A stretch of 61,520 bases of DNA, the filler included, from Rhabdomonas costata (Eukaryota), in the NCBI GenBank assembly GCA_019059605.1. It is 24 parts of 24 records of this genome, joined end to end, with 100 filler letters (N's around TTAATTAATTAA, not from the genome) between each part and the next. Parts side by side here need not be neighbours in the genome. Positions count along the whole stretch, not along the records: positions 46,231 to 48,698 come from JAHMHO010003279.1; positions 48,799 to 51,263 come from JAHMHO010003280.1; positions 51,364 to 53,829 come from JAHMHO010003281.1; positions 53,930 to 56,393 come from JAHMHO010003282.1; positions 56,494 to 58,957 come from JAHMHO010003283.1; positions 59,058 to 61,520 come from JAHMHO010003284.1; 18 more parts are not named here. One strand, 5' to 3'. Made by a program: the position numbers and the translations under genes. Below the pieces are notes generated by a model. That model saw only the letters and a program-made list of their open reading frames with translations. It made no database searches and was not told the origin of the DNA. Positions 47,721-61,274 of the stretch are shown here, piece after piece. Numbering within the stretch: position 1 is the first letter of the stretch; every line of letters starts with the position of its first letter.

Positions 47721-50192
47721 AGGAGACGGAGACTTCTTCGCTTGACGAAAAATGAGTGGTGGAATTCAGCTGATGCTGTTGTCGATTTGACACTCTACGA
47801 TTAAGCGCTGCGGGACTGTGCAGGTCTTCTCAGCCAAGGAGATCGATCGAAATAGCGAGGAAAAAGTAAGTCGGGAGCAAGTTTGCTTGGCCTGCCCAAA
47901 TCGGCCGACGACGCTTTGAACGAGGAAAGCTTCGCGAAGGTTTTTTTGTAACCCCGGCGAATACAAGAGGGTGGAAACCACAAATGAAACCAGTTTTGGA
48001 GATATGCCAATTTCAAGAAACCATTTCAAGAAAATCGGTGAGGTTCCAACTCAATCCAAAAAGCTGAGAGAGAGAATGAAAGGAACTGTCTCGTATGGAG
48101 GGAGTTATCAACGGCTCAACAGGGGTTGCTGCTCGTGAGAAGCAAATGGAAGAGGTGAACATTGGCTTTGAGCAGATGCACTTTCAAGAATAAATTCCTC
48201 AATTACATTGGGCGAGCGGGGCTTGAAGCACTTCGCCGGCAATTTTCAGTGAAGCTTCGAACCGCCACTCGGTTCAACCCGGAAGCATCGGTTGGGGGGA
48301 AAGGAAACCAGGACAATTACGCCGGCACCATGGGATGTAACCTGCAAAGGACAAAGGAATGAGGCCGCTCCTCATTCCCGGCTGCACCGTAGATCACAGG
48401 GTATGAGGCCCAGCAAGGAACTGGGAAATGAAATGCCACAGGTTTGTCCAACGTCCTTGAGAATGCAAAGCTGGGCCGCGGTGTCATCGGGGAATCCTAA
48501 GGCTGACTATGCCAGAGGTAATGTTCTGAGGAGCCAACAGTGCAGTACTCTGGACGCCTTGTGAATCAGTACTGGACGTGCACTTGCGCTCGCGTGAACA
48601 AAAACTCCAGTTCTCCAAAACCCACCAGGGCATCTTGAAGATCGGGGACTGGTGTACTTCCTCAACTTTCAGACTGGTTGGAAGCAAGCAACCAACACNN
48701 NNNNNNNNNNNNNNNNNNNNNNNNNNNNNNNNNNNNNNNNNNTTAATTAATTAANNNNNNNNNNNNNNNNNNNNNNNNNNNNNNNNNNNNNNNNNNNNTT
48801 GCAGCTGCTACACCACTCACGAAGCCGGTTTTTACGGCACTGATCTCCTCGCAATTACCTACCTCTTTCGCATCTCCGAAGCCCAGAGCATCACCATCAC
48901 TGACCTCACCCCAGAAGCCATTGGCTTCAAGCCTGCCAAGTGCACCCACGCACATTACTGAAGACCTCTCTCCACCTTCCTTGGACAGTTGGCGGCCTTC
49001 TTCTTCTCTAAGTCCTCCGGTTTCACTACCCGGCAGTGGCCTCCACCAGCTTCCTTTCCGGTATCTCTTGTTCCATCACCTGGCACTCATTCCGCCGTGG
49101 ATATGCTGCCGCGCTCTTTCACCTGGGTCTTCACACAGGCCAGCTACTCCTGTGGGAACGTTGTAGATCCAGTGCCAGCGTGCAACCATAAATCGAGCAA
49201 TTTGCCCCTCTCCCCACGCCCGACTCCACAACACTTTCACAATACCCGCAACCTCACTCTTGCTCCACATCATTTTTCGGCGCACTGAAGGATCATCCCA
49301 TCAATCAGTGCGCTCAGTCACCCACTCAAAGGCATATAGAAGCAACCCATAATACCCAGCTATATTACTAATTCCTCAGGAGCTCACCAGAATCAAGTCA
49401 AACACTCTAACACCGCAACGCAACCTAACATAAGATAACAGTGAAACATACGCCTAACATCGTAAACACTACCCGTGATGACCATACCCATAAAGACTAG
49501 CGCGAAATTAAAGTCCACAATAACACAGATAAACAATTGAGACACAACTAAAACACTCACTGTGACACAACCCAGCTTATAAACACACGCAACAAATCCC
49601 GGTGGTTAAAGTGACACATGTTAAGTGACAACTGTTAGAAAATGGCACCAAGATGCTGAGACCAAAGTGTCAGTACTCCAAACATGATTGAGCAGAGTGA
49701 GACATCATCTCATTACCTTACTACTAAGATACTCTCCGTGACTCTACTGCGTGATGTTTCGGCTACGACTCTATCACTTAGTAAAATGAAGCCCACTCAA
49801 TCACTTTATCCTACGACATGACAAATGGACACCAGCAGCCTGAATGCAGGATGCCTAGATGCAATAACGACCAGATTTACTGCACCAACATGCTGATGTG
49901 AGACGGGCACTGCTGTTTAAAATAGTGAGGATAAACCACTAGATGCTAAGAATCCAACATAAAACCCACTCTATCTGCTCGCCATATTCCTACGGCACCT
50001 ACTCATCTGTTGTGTGATCCACATACAACAATAAAAACAGAAGACAACGAAATTCAAAAGAGAATAAATCAGTAATTTACACGAACTCCACTGTGTTACG
50101 TCCATGCTTTGAATTGGAGACCTACATGCAACAACACCACTACACTGAGTTGTAGTGAGTGTGGGGTCATCACTAAATCCATATAAAAATTA

Positions 50193-50877
50193 GGCATAAC
50201 TGGATTATTGGACCCACCACCGGAAGAAGATTCAAAAATGAAAATGAATATTCCGAACAGCGTCCAACAGGCACAAAAGGTGTCAGCGTCAACCGGGAGA
50301 TTGTATATCCACTGAAACTCCTTCATATTGTCCCACAAGAGGTGATATTTGATCAATCTGCGAGAGTTGATTCAGGTCTTGAGGCGGCCCCAGCAACCTT
50401 CGATCCAATTGGTGTGGACCCTGCGGACCTTACCGCCAACTGTAGCAGACTTCGAGTAGACACCGTTTCCAGGATCGACGTAATCGTGGAAAAAAGCCGG
50501 CCTTTTTTGGTCACAAGAGCGTAACAGCAAGCTCCATCAGTGAATAGAATAGAGCCCTTCTTGATCTTTTCAGAGATCCACTCAGCTCCTGCACATCAGT
50601 CACTGGTAATCCACAAGTTCAACAGCTCGAAGGAGGGGACGAAACCATGCCATACTTTTGCAAGAAGGATCTCAGTTTCTCATCATCGGCACACAATAAT
50701 TCCAAATCAAAGAGCAAAAACATCACCTGTCCGAAAGAGTGCAAAGCATCCTAACACTCGGTAAGTTGCTTGTGGTGGCTCCGCCACCACAGACCACCAC
50801 GTACGTGCATCGCTCCCTAACCCCCTGCAACAAAATACTATTACCAAGACTGTGGGTCCCAATAGTCCAGTTAAGCC
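50193..50877 (-). mobile_element. Internally deleted Merlin (IS1595/ISXO2-like) DNA transposon, 685 bp
   Basis: TIRs GGCATAACTGGATTATTGGACCCAC (50193-50217) and GTGGGTCCCAATAGTCCAGTTAAGCC (50852-50877). Flanks AAAAATTA / AAATATTA (7 of 8 match). Transposase relic: KIKKGSILFTDG...Y, VHTNWIEGCWGRLK, KEFQWIYN. Confidence 0.88.
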
Positions 50878-53800
50878 AAATATTATTTCTACTCGACAGA
50901 ATACTCACATAGCCTGCAATAAAGTCTCAAGCGATAAAAGGGCATTTCGGGATAATATTGCGATATACACAATGTTGGCGCATGACATTTTGTGCATAGG
51001 GATGTGATTTCGGAAGCCTCTCATTCTAATATTCGCTTATCAATGTAGCTAAATGTATATGGCATAATTCTCAATGACATGCCAAAAGGAAGATCACGAA
51101 AGACACCAAGAGCTTTTGGAAGTAGCCATCACGAATGTAACACAGCAGAGAACATGGCTGTAAAAGAGCAGGAGAACACGACCTAACAGTAGGTAAGTTG
51201 TTTGTGGACTCCGTCCCCACCGAACACTCACTGCACGTGCATGGCGTCCTAACCACCCACAACNNNNNNNNNNNNNNNNNNNNNNNNNNNNNNNNNNNNN
51301 NNNNNNNTTAATTAATTAANNNNNNNNNNNNNNNNNNNNNNNNNNNNNNNNNNNNNNNNNNNNGTTGTTTTTTTTTCTTTTCTCCATTGCAGTTTAGCTG
51401 GTGCTGCAGTAGCGTATATTTTTGTGCTTGTTGGTTCGCTGCCAACCTGAATTTGGTTGTTACTGTGTTTGTTGACTTTCCTTCTCCAGAGACGTATGCT
51501 GGCAGGCTCGTGGCATCGTGTCCGTTACAGCAGAAGATGCCTCTTCGATACTTTCCACCGGGTTCTCGAAGCATAGCCCGTATCCTCCTCCTTACCCGTT
51601 GCTTCCGGTGCAGGCTGTGATCGAGCCAAAGGTTGAAAGAAATCCGCCAGTACCTGAGACCCCAAAACTGGGCATCAACTTTGTGCCGAGGAACAAGAGG
51701 ATTCCAAAGAGTGTCATGTGGAAAGCGAAGCTGTTGCGGCCTTTGCACGATGTATAGCGAACTTTTTGACTGCCGTTGGGACTGCAACTGTTGTTTCATT
51801 CTTGATTGTGGTGCACTCTGATGTCTGAAGTCTCCCCAGAGCATCCAATCCGAATGTGAACAAAGCACTAATTTCAACCTTGAGCTGTCTTCTTTTGTCG
51901 CCCTCTTGGTGGTATTTTGTTGGCTGACCTTCAGCATTCTAATGAAACCTTCATGTCGAATTTTCATGAAGGTTTCACCGCAGGTTTACTTCTTGTGGTC
52001 GAGAAAAAATGAATTTCAACAAGCCGGTGTCCGAGCTTAGTTGGCTGGATAGGTAGCTGCCGTCTGGCCATAGGGGTCGAAACCTTCCGACCGCCAATCC
52101 AACACGTCAAACGAAGTTGTACCCCAAAAACAAGGGCAAGGGGGTGTTTTTTCAATAACAAGGAAATACCGTCACCAGGCTTGCCGTGCCGCGTAGAGCC
52201 CTAAAACGCAAACAACCTTCCCCTGGAGCTCGCAAGCTACGACCTTTCCGCCGTTAAAATATAATGCTCAGCTCACGCGTGCTGTTCCCCAAGTTCCTGT
52301 TGGCCTCCCCCCACCTGTTGTTCTCAGAGCCAACGCCCGCCGGGGACCACCGCGCCCACGAAAACAACAAGCGCCGGGGGGTGGAAACCGGGGCAACCTA
52401 CTAATGCGTTTCTGCTTCCAGCGTCCTTACCCGAAGGCGCAACTGCCCAGAGTCCTTTTTTGATTTAGCTTTAGCAATCGGGCGGGGCCCAGACCCCGGT
52501 TGGGCCCCAAACCTCCCACGGTTTTACCGTTCTGTTCACGATGCCTTCTTTGTTTCACAATATCCTCGATTATTTCCTGTCATCGCACCTCGTTGCGTCC
52601 CCCTTCGTTGCTGTTCTTCCTTTGCTTGGGTTTGCTTTGCCTTCCTTCTTCTACCTGCGCCTTTTGGTGCCCTTTGTCATCCGTCGCGGGGTCTTCCGTA
52701 TTAAACCGGCCGGCATACACAGACCGCCTTTCTCAAACATCCGGGCCCTAACCAAACATGTTACCTATGCCCCGCCTTCCATGAGAATACGCCCATGGGT
52801 TGGGGCGCTGGTGTGTGGGTTGGGGTTGGTGTGTCCTACCACTACCTGATGCCATCACATCATGGCCCATATCCGCCTTTACCCGGTGATACTATACACA
52901 CAACATAAACTAGGTTCAACGTGGGCTTTCGCGTCTACTACTTAGATACTTAAGCGTGTGGTTCACCGTAGGACCCAAGTGCTTCCAAGCGTGGTAAATT
53001 TTGGCTTCATCCGCAGTTTACCAGCGTGCGTTGCCAGGCGTGCCTGATGGACCACTTCAGTCCAGCGCTGTCGATTAACTTCGGTATGTTCTCAGCATGT
53101 TACTGGTACTGGGGCCTGAGCTGCTGTCTGTGATCTGTGCCCTCGAATGGCACTTGATAGCGCGGCGTCTAGCGGTTTCTGTCTTCTGGCGAAAGTATGC
53201 GGGACGTCGGAACCAGAGTAAAATTGCCATGACACAAGAGACCCGAAACAATGGAAACACAACCAAACACGAACAGAGATACACGCACCTGTCGCCCATT
53301 CCACACCGTAACGCCATACGGACAGCATACCAAGGAATGGTATGTCCTACCGGTACATACCACCAGCCCTCTTCAACACCACCGACGTAATCACCATGAT
53401 GTCCGCCAGCACGGGACGTTGAGCACAAGACATGACCCACAAGCTGCCACAACCCACACCGTTATATTCCAACCAACCTGACCACACTAAAGTGATGACA
53501 GCACAAACACTTCCACCATAGCCAGAGGTCCAAAACAGTCGTAATTTCACCACCAGAGCCCGTACAAGCAGAAGCTCAACCATGGGAGTGAGCACACAAC
53601 ATGAACAACGATCGATCGAAATGTACACCGTTACCCCACAGCCTACTTCCCACTCGACCATAGATCTACCCACACGAAGATATGGATGCCCACTGGAGAG
53701 TGAAAAGCCGGATATCAAGTAACCTTACGACAAGCACCACAACAGGACAACGACAGACCTAGGAAATAGAAGCGAGACCAAGCACCGAATGCAACAAGCA

Positions 53801-54088
53801 ACTCAACCCCATGCACACCACAACCCACANNNNNNNNNNNNNNNNNNNNNNNNNNNNNNNNNNNNNNNNNNNNTTAATTAATTAANNNNNNNNNNNNNNN
53901 NNNNNNNNNNNNNNNNNNNNNNNNNNNNNTGTTGGTGTGTTTGGGGGGTGTGTTTTCGCTACCTACAGGCGGCGTTTTCTGGGTCTTTTGCAGCCCTTGG
54001 TCCGTATGCCACTGGTTATGCGTTATGGTCAGCCTCTTCCCACGCAATTACATACAAATTACTTTGTCTGTGTTCTTCACTTGCAAAG

Positions 54089-56168
54089 GGTGCCCATCGT
54101 ATTCGACGTATAGCAGCTGCGTCAATGATGCCGCGAGCTGTGGGTGGGCCTTTAAGTCGGGAGGAACCACCCAGTGCTTGAGCATAAGTGGCGCTGGCAC
54201 TGGTCCCAAGTGCGGCACAGCCTGTGCATTTGCGCGCAATTACAATGCCGCCCTCGATTCAGGTACCCTCTTTCCAGTCTATTTCCCTGATTGCCGTGTG
54301 TTCTTGTATTTTCTGGGTACGCGTGGATGGATGAGACCTTTTTCTGTCACCCGCATCTTGAGCTGTCCCAATGGTGACGGCTGGGTGTGAGTTGCGCCCC
54401 CCCCCCCGGTGTCTCCACCTGGGAACGCGTTTGCTTATCGCGGTTCCGTAGACAGCGCGTGCAAACCTCTCAAACATTGTATCCTTTTGCTCATCTTCAG
54501 TGTTTCTGCGTTCCAAGCAGCCATTTCCTTTCCGGGGTCGCGAGGTATTAAAGCCAGGATGGGATGAAGGAGAGTTATGCAACCCGTATATTTCTGCTGT
54601 TTTTGTTCTGTATTTTTTCCTGTGCATTTCCGTTAGTTAGCCTTTGATTGGTGGGTCAAGATATTCATTCGACGGAATTGTAGGAATATTCACAGGACGG
54701 GAAAAACTTTGGCCAGCCAGCATGTTGTTGGTGACTTTTTTCGATCAATTATCCCCAATAATGCTTTTCCGATCCAAAGCAAATTGTCGCGGCCCCCTTT
54801 TTGGTGGGATTGCATTCAGCTATTTCAGCTCTCGAAAGCCATTTTTGTGCCGAAATGTGGTTTTAGAGCCCACCGACGCCACTAGGCGGACCATCTTGGT
54901 GGAAAGTCGGCCCCGTGGAATTAGGTGGAATGTTACGCTGAGGCTGGGCCGTTTGGACCACGAAGTAGTTTCTTGTGTGGTTGGCCTACCCACTGCGTTT
55001 TAGGGTGCTGACTTGGCGGTGACTGACATTGTTCGTGGAAGTCGCTGAAGGAAGGGAGCGCTTTCAAGGATTTTATATCTGCTAGTGAGAATTGAAATCC
55101 ATGAGAAAGTTGAAAACCTAGCCTTCTGTTCCAGGCATCCCTTTCATTTTCTGGGTGGGTATGCCTATGCCACTGGTTGCGGTTGGGTTTTTATGCGCAG
55201 CATCCTGCTCCAGCTACACCAGTTGCAGCACCTGTGTGGCACACTCACCGTGCAAGTGGTGCGAGAGCTGCTCGAGCTGCATCTATGGGCAAGCCATTTC
55301 CGGTGTTTACTCGATATCGTGTACCACGTCCTCCACATGTTCGGGTGCGTCCTCTCAGCTTTTATGTTCTTGATCGCATTACGTTTCTGGGCTGGAATAG
55401 TTCCCTTTACCTTTTTTTTTCCTAACGTGACTCTACGGTTGCTGTGGTTGTTAGCGAGGGTGAGCTCCTGTAGTTGCGCTGACACATCGGCAGTTTTGTG
55501 GCTGCAATCAGAAATTGTGATTATTTGAGATTTGCACGACCATGATCAGTTCTGTTGCCCCACCAACCTTTTGGTGGCGTGGCTGTGGGCTGCCACATAG
55601 AGACCTGCGCGAGTTCTGTATATGCAAATAATATGCTCAATGCGCTGTCTGGTAAAGAATCTCATCGGAGTTGATAAATGGCACACAGGATTGTTCAATC
55701 GAGTGGAACTCTCTACACTCTCTTTGCTTTTCTTTCTGTATCAGGGGGAGGGTCCACCACCACGCCGACGCTCACAGGTATCGTCACTGATACAGCTTAC
55801 CTCAGTATTTATGTTCGTGCGTTAGGCGCTGCCCCTGGTTTGTGTGCTTTTGTATAGAAGGAGCTGCAAATCACATTTTTTTAAAGTGCGCGACAAGGTT
55901 TCCTTTTGAGCCTGCATCGACAAGGTGGGTGCTTGTGCGTGTGTGTTTTTGCGCGCCTCTTCGTCGGGTTCTCTTAAAATGTCCTTTTCTACAGTCACTT
56001 CGAGCCTCACTGAAACCCCCACCTCCAGCCCAACCTCCACCCCTAGCTCCTCGCCGACTAGTACTCCCAGCTCCACCCCCACTGCCAGCCCAACCCCGAC
56101 GCCCACAGGCACTTCCAGCTCAACGATCGGGCACAGGCCGGCTTCCTCGTCGACCCCCACCGAGACAG
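54089..56168 (+). CDS. Cys-rich (PSI-like) plus Ser/Thr/Pro-rich extracellular protein (partial, 3 exons)
   Basis: Phase 1-1 exons 54089-54262, 55201-55344, 55995-56168: CPSYSTYSSCVNDAASCGW; CSSYTSCSTCVAHSPCKWCESCSSC; mucin-like TPTSSPTSTPSSSPT. Confidence 0.75.
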
Positions 56169-58457
56169 GCACCGCTATATCTGTCCTTTTTTCTGGGGTG
56201 GCTGCACCCAGGTTTCCTTTCGGCTGCGGGGAGCACGTCAACTTGGACATTTACTTGCTGAAAGTGACGTTCTCCTTGTCTGTGTTTGAGAGGCTGGACC
56301 AATTTGTGTATGTGCGTGTGCGCGCGCCCGGTTGTTCCGTTTCGGAGCATAAACTTCACGTTCTTTATGCTCTGCGGTGTCCCCAACACCCACNNNNNNN
56401 NNNNNNNNNNNNNNNNNNNNNNNNNNNNNNNNNNNNNTTAATTAATTAANNNNNNNNNNNNNNNNNNNNNNNNNNNNNNNNNNNNNNNNNNNNGAAACAG
56501 GTGCCGATGCTCATCCAGCTTGTGTGGGAGGTGGAGGTCGAGGTGGTCACATGTGCAAAGGATGCCCCTTCGGCCCCTTTAGTCGACTGGGACTTCGGAA
56601 CGAGTCTATGTCGAATGGTTAAACTGTTTGTGCGGCTTACCACTAACTGCTGCCGAACAAAAGGCGTATATTTATGTTAAAAGATCCTTGTTTCTCTCTT
56701 CAGCCTGCTTCAGAAACCCGTCGTGAGCTTCATCTCTCCAATGCTTTCTTTTTGCCCTTCTTTCAAAACCCCACCTTCTCATTTTTCGTTAGTGTCGACA
56801 GTATCCAGAGCTCGACTGTGAGGGTTTGGGGTTGTCGAGAAGTTTCTTTGCTTTGCTCGTGGTTATTCATTTGCGCGTGTTCACTTCCTCGTTTTTTTTT
56901 CTTTTTTTATTTTCTGGCTGCTATTTTGGGTGAGAATAACAGTGCTCGAAAAAGATGGAAACGGGGTTCGGGAAATACGGTGACTACGGGGGGCTTTCGG
57001 CTTTATGGAAACTGATCAGGATAGCGTTGTGCACGCTAGAAGACTTTATTCTTCGCTGTGTCTTCTGTTTCGTCTTCCTTCCGAGATGCTTCTTTTTGAC
57101 AGTTGTTGACAGCTCATGTTCAGCCAAGGTGATATGCAGATGCAGTTTGACGCACTCGGTAAAGATCGGAAATTAATTGTCCCATAATGATTCCCAGTGC
57201 ATTGTTCTGTAATTTCATCAGTACTGTTGTATTGTTTTTTGACTTTTGAAATTGAGGTGGTATTTGCTTCGCGGTGTTTTCTCATTGCTTTAAAGTTGTC
57301 TGAAACAATTGCGCGATAGGGTGCAACAGGTGTTTCGCACTGTTAAGCAATGTTTAAGTGAGGCTCATGATTAAACCAAAGAAAAGTGCGTTTTCAGAGG
57401 CAGCTTCTTTTCACGTTCCGGTTTTGTGAAACAGTTCCTCACTTCTTTGTACCCGCTGTTTTACGTTTTATCAGCCCCATGGACAGCTTTGTTCCTTGCG
57501 GGTGAAAGGCAATGACTTCTTTGGTGTTTGACAATGTGCTAAAACCGGGTAGCACCCCCCCCCTTCTGTATCAGATTGCCACTCCTGAAAAATACAGTTC
57601 GCAGACGGTTATATTTTTTTTTCGTTTGAAATCACATGTTCGATACCATTGACCACTTTAGGTGAGAAAGTTTGCACAAGGCCAAAAGAGTCTTTGCACT
57701 TCCACGGGGCCTAAGACCCTCGTACTACTGCTTATCAGTGTGAATACCAAATGCGGAAAGGCTCACACTCACACAAATCAATGGTGCGCCTGTGGCCGCT
57801 GGCACCTTGAGACGAGTTTTGACCTGATAGAGACATGGTATTCAGCGTGACCGTCTTAGCAGCCACAGGCACTTCGCGCATCGCGGCCGCAATGCGGTAC
57901 TTCAGAGCGCATAGGGAGGTCTGAGTCGGATGTGCCTTAGTATTACCCCAAAGGATGAAATTCGGAGGGACAGGCCGGTCCAGTTATGGGAATTCGGTCT
58001 TTGAGCTCGGGTGGCCTTGGACGGCAAAATAATGAGCCACGAAAGTGTCTCAGAACCAACCCGTCACAGAACCTGTGATCCAAGAGAGATTGACATAATG
58101 TACGTGTGCGTTCTACACGGACATAGCTTTTCGTGTCACACACACACACACACCTTCTGCTCAGCTTTCTATACAAAATCGCAGCGAAAATGGAGTGCCG
58201 CAGTTTTTTTTCGCGGTGGGGTTAGAGGAATGCCGCACTGTTGGCAGGCAAATGTCAAATTTGTAGAAAATTGCCAACTTTGCGAGCCTGATTTTTATGT
58301 TTTGTTTTGGAAACTAGCCGTTTAATTCGGGAGAGTGCAATTCTAGGATGGATTGTTTCGTAATCTCTTTTTCCACCTACACTCACTTCGCTGCGATTGT
58401 TTGCAAATTTTCTTTTTTTTTGCGCGTGTGATGTGGGTGCTAACCTTCCGTTCTTAG

Positions 58458-58793
58458 GCTGGGACGTTCCCCTTGCGGGGCAGATCCCGCAGTTTGCCCA
58501 CTTCTTGCAGTGGGCTGATGAGCCTCAAGCCAATGAGGTGTATGCTGGTTGCAGGGGGGGAGGTAGTAGTTTGCGTTTTTCTCGCTCTCTGTTGCTCGCT
58601 CCCATGCTCCTTCTTAAAGCTTGGAGAGCCTGCTGCTGCTGCTGCTGCTCCCAGCGAGCAACCCGTTTTTCGGGCATACAGCGAAAGCAAACTCCAAGAA
58701 TTTTACAGAGACCAGATGCGCATGTACGCGTCTCGCAAGATTTATCTCGTGCTGGACATCGACCACACACTGCTGCACTGTACAAGGAACCAG
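58458..58793 (+). CDS. FCP1/CPL-like HAD phosphatase, start of the catalytic domain (partial, 2 exons)
   Basis: Exons 58458-58537 and 58620-58793; RKIYLVLDIDHTLLH contains the intact DxDxT motif in FCP1-type context; ends at a GCTTGC donor. Confidence 0.85.
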
Positions 58794-59081
58794 GCTTGCC
58801 CCCCCCCCCTTTTTGCAGGAGTTTGTGCCTTTAAAATATGCCTTGATGGCTGACGATTGTCACGGACAGCCTTCCAACCATGGAAGCGTTATGGTGCTAT
58901 GTCATCCACTCATGGAATTCGCCACTTTTTAAGGGACCCACTCTTTCTTGCAATTTGNNNNNNNNNNNNNNNNNNNNNNNNNNNNNNNNNNNNNNNNNNN
59001 NTTAATTAATTAANNNNNNNNNNNNNNNNNNNNNNNNNNNNNNNNNNNNNNNNNNNNTTGTTGGTTGTGGGGCACCTCGAG

Positions 59082-61274
59082 GCGAAGATAACTGCCACGG
59101 TGCGGCGGTTGCTGGTTTTGCGGCCAGGGACTAACCCCGAGGAGCTGCTCGGAAGCGACCCAGGTACAAACGTGCCATGATCTCTCTCCCTTCCACCACC
59201 TGTCTCTCCGATATCGCCTGTATCGCCGATGAGTCCCAGTTTAGATGAGCCCGGGGTCAACAGGGTCTTCTCAAGCCCGTTCTAGGGGTGGAGGGAGACT
59301 TTGTGCAGGACATGCTCCAACCGATCGCACTTCCTTTCCACGTTGAAACAGGAACACGATTGCCTCACGGAGTCACTGATGCACACCACCATAATGCCCC
59401 AGCGTCACCGGTCTTTGTAGGTCAGGGGCAACAAGCACCTGGGGCGAAGCCCAGCGGTGCTTGGAGCACTTATGTTTTTTTGAATGTATGTCAGCGTTTA
59501 TGTTTTTAGAAAATGGTGGCGGGTGTGCCGATGGTGGCCAAGTCGCCGCTGAGGATGGTGGTACGGCCCCCCTGAGCCCGGCCAGCCGCGAAGAAGAAGC
59601 CCAGCTGCGTGCAGAGCTCGCTCACCTCAAGGCAGGCTACGCCTTCGTTGCGGCGATGGGTCAGGTGGTAGGTCAGATTCTGCCGCTGCTGCGCTCCCGC
59701 AACGAGTCGGACGTGCTGGAGGCGGTGGCCTTCCTGGAGACAGCCTTCCTGGTGCGGTTGGAGCCTGCGGCGGCAGCCGTGGGGCGGCTGGCGGGGCTGG
59801 TGTTCTACGTCCCCACGGGGGCGAAGGAGACCCGGGTGAAGGAGGCCGTGACGCAAGCCATGGCCACGGTGCTGCTGAGCCCGGCCAGTTCGGAGCCCAG
59901 CGCGGTGGCTCGGAGGATGGCCCAGATCTGCGTCTACGCCTCCGAGGGCGAGGTCACCGGCCTTCGGGAGATTCTAGGCATTTGCACATCCGCAACGCGC
60001 ACCCACCGTACGCACGAGGGGGCGAGCACCTTATCTGTAAATGAGCACCGCAAGTCAGGCCGTGGGCACTCCTCCCTCCGAATGCCTCCAACGGGTTCTG
60101 CTTTCCTGCTTTTCGGTGGCTGCATTTTGTCCTCGGACCTTTCGAGTTGAATTGATTGGCTTGCATCGTGCTGTTTGTGAGCTGCTGCTGCTGAATACGT
60201 TAACTTCACATTATGTTAGCAGGCGGCAAAATGCTGGTCAACTGATAGCTCCACTCTCCTCGGCATTCCGAACCAGTGGCAGAAGTCGCCTTGATGGAGC
60301 CGGTGCGGGGTCGGCCGATATTTTTGCTGCGTGCGCTTCCACATGGCATGTATTGAGTTTGGGTGGGAACATCTCCAGCGGACATGGCCCGCAAGGGGCT
60401 ATTCACGGAGCCAATCCTGTCCGCGCTGTGGGAGCTGTGCATGGCCCCAGAGGGCACTCAGGTGACCAACCCCACCCGCGCCTCCGCCGCAGTCGCGGCG
60501 GCCTCCGGGGGTTCTACGGGAGCGGAGCAGTCTGCGGAGGTGAGAATGGATCTGGGCACCGCGGCGATGCGGGTGCTGGGGCTGCTGGGTAGCGCGATGC
60601 CCGGAGTGGTGGCGCAGCGGCTGGGGCCTCTAACGGAGCTCCTGGTGGACACCCGGCGGGCCGCCCGCCGAGCCATGCTGGTGGTGTACACCTGCAACGC
60701 CCTGGAGAATCTCGGAGGTTGGGAAGCGTTGCGGAGCGAGTGAGTTTCTCATTCTCTTTCTCTCGAACTCCCTGAAAGGAAGCCAATCCATCCAATCAAG
60801 CGGATGACCGCCACTGGCATGTTCGTTCCCAACGGTCCAACAGTGAACTATTTTCTGTGCCCATTTCCCGGTGGGATCTTGCTTTGCTTTTGCAATCTTT
60901 CAAATATGTGTCTGGATGTGTGGTGGCCACAGGACACTTTGACCTTGGTGGGGCTCAACCCAAAGGGACACCTTCTCGCGGCATGTCATTCCATGCCTAT
61001 GCCTCGACACACAGGGTCGAACACAGCCGTGGGTCGGGGCCTGCCCCCCTCGCACCCCGTGGTGGCTGCGCTGTGTGCTCTTGTCACGCGCCGCGCCGTG
61101 CCGGCCTTCCCCCCAGACCAGTGGCTGCAAGTTGCGGAGGCCGCGCTGAACGCCCTGTACGCGCTCAGCGACGCCCCGGAGGTTGTGGCACGGGCCCTTC
61201 TCGCAAAGCTGTACCAGCGCGTGGAGGACCTGTGGAAGGAGAAGAGCGACCAGGCTAACTCCTCGCAGCTGCAG
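59082..61274 (+). CDS. NCAPD2: Condensin I HEAT subunit CAP-D2/Cnd1 (partial, 4 exons)
   Basis: Exons ~59082-59163, 59510-59977, 60379-60717, 61015-61274: LLRSRNESDVLEAVAF...VKEAV...GEVTGLREIL...ILSALWE...AAMRVLGLLG...LPPSHP...WLQVAEAALNALYALSDAPE. Confidence 0.85.

Noticed and set aside
58631-58649. (GCT)n microsatellite; also (CA)n near 7985-8001 and 58136-58152 and several G/C homopolymers
   Set aside because: Ordinary poly-Ala codons or intronic simple repeats.
59200-59240. 9-nt periodic SPISPVSPMSP-like sequence in an NCAPD2 intron
   Set aside because: Too short, no splice sites in phase, and the flanking exons join without it.
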